The translations under genes were made by a program, and so were the position numbers. From positions 1 to 31,879 of the forward strand of contig JAFGOA010000134.1 in assembly GCA_016926735.1 (NCBI GenBank): a stretch of 31,879 nucleotides of DNA, read 5' to 3'. Shown piece after piece: positions 28,813 to 31,879 of the stretch. The notes beneath the pieces are model-generated. The model searched no databases and had not been told where the DNA came from. It worked only from the letters and a program-made list of their open reading frames with translations. How positions within the stretch are numbered: the first letter of the stretch is position 1; each line of letters begins with the position of its first letter. The DNA comes from Promethearchaeota archaeon (GTDB lineage Archaea > Asgardarchaeota > Lokiarchaeia > Sigyniarchaeales > SOKP01).

Positions 28813-29210
28813 TAAATTAACCTTAAAAAATTGTTTAAATCAAAATTTAAAATCTAAAATCAATAAATCATAGTCTCATAAATAATTTTTGAATTTTTAG
28901 TAAATTAGAATTGATTTTATAAGAATAGATAGTATTAGAAAAATATTGTTTCTAATGTTTGAAAATTACTTAAAAAAAACCATAAATTTCTGTAAAAGTT
29001 AAAAAAGATATTTACTTTCATTCTAAATAGCTCTTAATCTGATCTTCTTAGTATATTATCTATATGGAAAAAATAAGGAGAGTCTAGCATATTTGAGAAT
29101 AATGACGTAAATTGTATAAGAATAGAAAATATTTAAAACAATTAATATAGAAAGAATAATAAAAAAAAGATAAAATTTATTCAATTATATAATTAAAATC
29201 GATTTTTATA

Positions 29211-30269
29211 CTAAGGTGGTCTTTTAATCATATAATTTTTTTTTTGTTTATAAGAATCATGTATATAAAACAATGAATATGTAAACATTCCCGCTAGCAA
29301 ACCAAAGAAATGGGCTGTAAAATTAACTCTGGAATCAATTGACTGAAATAGAAAAAATCCAACTAATAAAATTATTATGATTGTCCGAAAATATCGTTCT
29401 TTTGTTATTGTAATTGTAATTAAAGCGCCTATTATACCAAATATACTTCCAGAGGCTCCAGCGGCAGCTGTATCCAATGTATTATCATAGAAGACTAAGA
29501 AAAAGAATATGTTGCCAACTAATCCTGATACTAAATAAATTATAATATAAGCTTTATATGAGAAAAGATTATTAACTTCAAAAAGAGACCCAAAAGCGAT
29601 TAAAAGAATTAGATTTATAAATAATGTATTTTTACCATGATGTTCAAACATTGAGGTAAAATATCTCCAAATCTCATAATGCTCAAAAATTCTTGATTCA
29701 TTTAAATCAAACCAATGAAATATTTGAAAATTAGCATAAATTATATAAAGTGTTAAAAGCAAAAAACAAATGAAAAAAGTAAACTTTAAATCTTTAAATC
29801 TCTCTGGAATATGAATTCTTCTTTTATAACGCTCTATTTCCACATATTTATCATATTTTTCTCTGATAAGAAATTTTAAAAAAAGAGAATCTTGTCCCCA
29901 AAGATTCTTTATTATCTCATTATAAAACACTTTTTTTGCCCGTAAATCTCCAATTTGAACTAATTCCCTCAATAATGGAAAAGATATTTGATATTTTAAA
30001 AAGTCTGTATTATACTTATGTTTTACCCATAATTCAAATGCATTTGAAATTAAAATATAAGCATTTATATATAGATCATCTTGATTAATATCAGGAAAAA
30101 TATTTTGAAACCTTTCAATATTTTCTATAAATTTATATTTTGGGATGAAATCCTTTAATTTAAAAATATCATATTTCATAAAGTTCTCACCTAAAATTTT
30201 TATTATACATACATTATTTTCAAACAAGAGAGTAATATAGTTGTTTATTTCAATTGAAGCAAGTTCCAT
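29211..30269 (-). CDS. Rhomboid intramembrane serine protease with N-terminal soluble domain
   Basis: WRYFTSMFEH loop, GASG (catalytic Ser), AHFFG (catalytic His), six TM segments; soluble N-terminal extension of about 150 aa. Confidence 0.88.
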   Translation of the reverse strand: MELASIEINNYITLLFENNVCIIKILGENFMKYDIFKLKDFIPKYKFIENIERFQNIFPDINQDDLYINAYILISNAFELWVKHKYNTDFLKYQISFPLLRELVQIGDLRAKKVFYNEIIKNLWGQDSLFLKFLIREKYDKYVEIERYKRRIHIPERFKDLKFTFFICFLLLTLYIIYANFQIFHWFDLNESRIFEHYEIWRYFTSMFEHHGKNTLFINLILLIAFGSLFEVNNLFSYKAYIIIYLVSGLVGNIFFFLVFYDNTLDTAAAGASGSIFGIIGALITITITKERYFRTIIIILLVGFFLFQSIDSRVNFTAHFFGLLAGMFTYSLFYIHDSYKQKKNYMIKRPP

Positions 30270-30448
30270 TTTGATCTATAATTTTTTTTTTTTTCTCAAT
30301 TATATAAAGATTAATTATAAAAATCTATAAACTTTTGTTATTTTCAAAAATCCTATTCATTTAATCTATTTTAAATACATTTTATATTTTTATTTTATTA
30401 ATAATATGACTTAACTATTAAAATAAGTAAAAATATACGCCTTTTATT

Positions 30449-30979
30449 TCAAATAATCATATCAGTAATATTATGATGGATTATTTGTGGCATCAGTCCG
30501 AATGCCTCTATTCCATCCACCAAAACAGTATTTGGGAATGTTTTTTTTATAATCTTATATGCTCCATTTCCATCCGCATTAATAATTGTCCCTTTAGAGG
30601 TCTTAAATAACCCTCTTATAATTCGTCTTCATGCATAGACTTTATGGCTCTCAATAGATTTATTATCAAAAAAACTATATTTAGAGGTATAATCCTTAGT
30701 GTCTTTCTCTATATGAATCTCTACTAATTTACTTTTATATTCTATTTGCTTTACTACTTTTGAGAAAGAAATCTGAACAAATTTCTGATTATTTTTATTA
30801 CTAATATTTACCATCTGCTTCCAACCAGTATTGTATACTATTACAATGATTCTTGTATTATTTTCAATAAAATATTTCACGAGAAATCTACTAATTCGGT
30901 GAAATATTGTGGTTATCTTATTATTGCGCTCTATATATAATCTTATTATTCTTCTTGTATCCTTAAAATCTCTTGTTCT
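30449..30979 (-). pseudogene. tnpB: Decayed IS200/IS605-family tnpB (C-terminal RuvC region only)
   Basis: One frame reads RRIIRLYIERNNKITTIFHRISRFLVKYFIENN..IVIVYNTGWKQ...NNQKFVQISF...IEYK...YTSKYSFFD...YA*RRIIRGLFKTSKGTIINADGNGAYKII...DGIE, with an internal TGA at 30629-30631 and no recognisable N-terminal half. Confidence 0.88.
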
Positions 30980-31462
30980 TTATATCTATATAATTTAAAT
31001 GTTAAAATCCGGAAAAGCATAATAGATCTTTTGATTTCATTATAATATCATATGAAAACATTCTTTATGTTTATAATATTATAGAGATTTTCTGATTTAT
31101 CAAAAAACATAACTTTATAAAATAATAATATCAAATGAGCTAAAGTTTAACTATTATATTCATTTTTATTTATGATATAAAAAAGAATAATAGTGATAAA
31201 AAAATTATTAAAAACAGAATTAAGATTTATAGTTAAATATATTAAAGATCAATAGAATTTAGGCTTTAGAACCTTTTGGTACTCTTTATTATTCGTAATT
31301 AATTATATTTACATATAATCTACCATCTTTTGATAAATATAGATTTTATTAAAAAAATCCAAAAGTTTTATAAACGATTGAGTCTAATTTAAATACTACC
31401 TTATTGATAAAAAATTATCATAAGGTATTTAAATTTTTAAAAAATTGAAGAGAGAATATATA

Positions 31463-31879
31463 ATGAAAAGTATTAAAAAATTACCAATAGCAATTGCATT
31501 TTTAGTAATTTTTATGGTGCCTATTATTCCTTCATATGGTAGTGTTGTTCCTTCTTTAAGAGGTACAGAACCCCCAAGAGATGAGATCGTATGGGGTTCT
31601 GGCGGAGATGGTGAACCAAATACCTTAAACCCATGGGCTAATGAACCCGACCCAATGTCACAACTTATGTTAGAGACTCTTTTTGGATTTAACAGCAAAG
31701 ATCAAGATTATGTTCCTTGTATAGGAACAGATTTTGAATGGTTAAATGGTGGATTAGAACTTCATATAAAGATAAATCCTAATGCCAGATGGTCAAATGG
31801 ATATCCAATTTCTGCAGTTGATGTAGTTAAGAGTTATCAATTAGCTTATTTACAACCTAAATGGGGTGTTGATTTTCCA
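31463..31879 (+). CDS. ABC transporter substrate-binding protein family 5 (oligopeptide/oligosaccharide), truncated by window end; not in ORF track
   Basis: Open from ATG 31463 to the window end. Signal peptide MKSIKKLPIAIAFLVIFMVPII; PRDE, LNPW, ETLF, ARWSNGYPISAVDV (family-5 WSDG.P.TA.DV motif). Confidence 0.88.
   Translation, partial: MKSIKKLPIAIAFLVIFMVPIIPSYGSVVPSLRGTEPPRDEIVWGSGGDGEPNTLNPWANEPDPMSQLMLETLFGFNSKDQDYVPCIGTDFEWLNGGLELHIKINPNARWSNGYPISAVDVVKSYQLAYLQPKWGVDFP

Noticed and set aside
30629-30880. 83-aa ORF as an independent gene, or its TGA as a selenocysteine codon
   Set aside because: It is an internal fragment of a tnpB pseudogene. The TGA falls at a Gly position, not a Cys position, and other signs of decay are present.
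31429-31698. 89-aa minus-strand ORF
   Set aside because: Antisense shadow of the family-5 substrate-binding protein on the + strand.
1-31879. CRISPR array, tRNA or rRNA genes
   Set aside because: I saw no regularly spaced direct repeats, and no GC-rich cloverleaf or rRNA-like stretch in the intergenic regions. This was by eye; tRNAscan-SE and Infernal were not run.

Overview
AT-rich archaeal chromosomal segment, most likely from an Asgard archaeon (Lokiarchaeia/Promethearchaeota-like). This is inferred from archaeal-type housekeeping genes (pfdB, cgi121, CTP-dependent ribK, ribL, archaeal thrS/aspS, type II map, Alba, translin, SepRS) found together with eukaryote-signature-like genes: a Rab-like GTPase, a longin+wHTH protein, an Rpn11/CSN5-like JAMM protein and a probable Bro1-domain protein. 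About 31 intact CDSs are present, two of them missing from the ORF track: a 53-aa CxxC/CxxC microprotein after Alba, and a family-5 ABC substrate-binding protein truncated by the window end. The right end holds a bacterial-like GH94 cellobiose phosphorylase, a rhomboid fused to a Loki-type N-terminal domain, and a decayed IS200/IS605 tnpB. The most notable candidates are the 412-aa ORF at 16299-17537 (collinear ALIX/Bro1-like motifs plus an ESCRT-I-like helical hairpin) and the NPRL2/3-like longin-wHTH protein at 4604-5359. I recognised no rRNA, tRNA or CRISPR array. All homology calls are by-eye motif recognition against recalled sequences; no searches were run.
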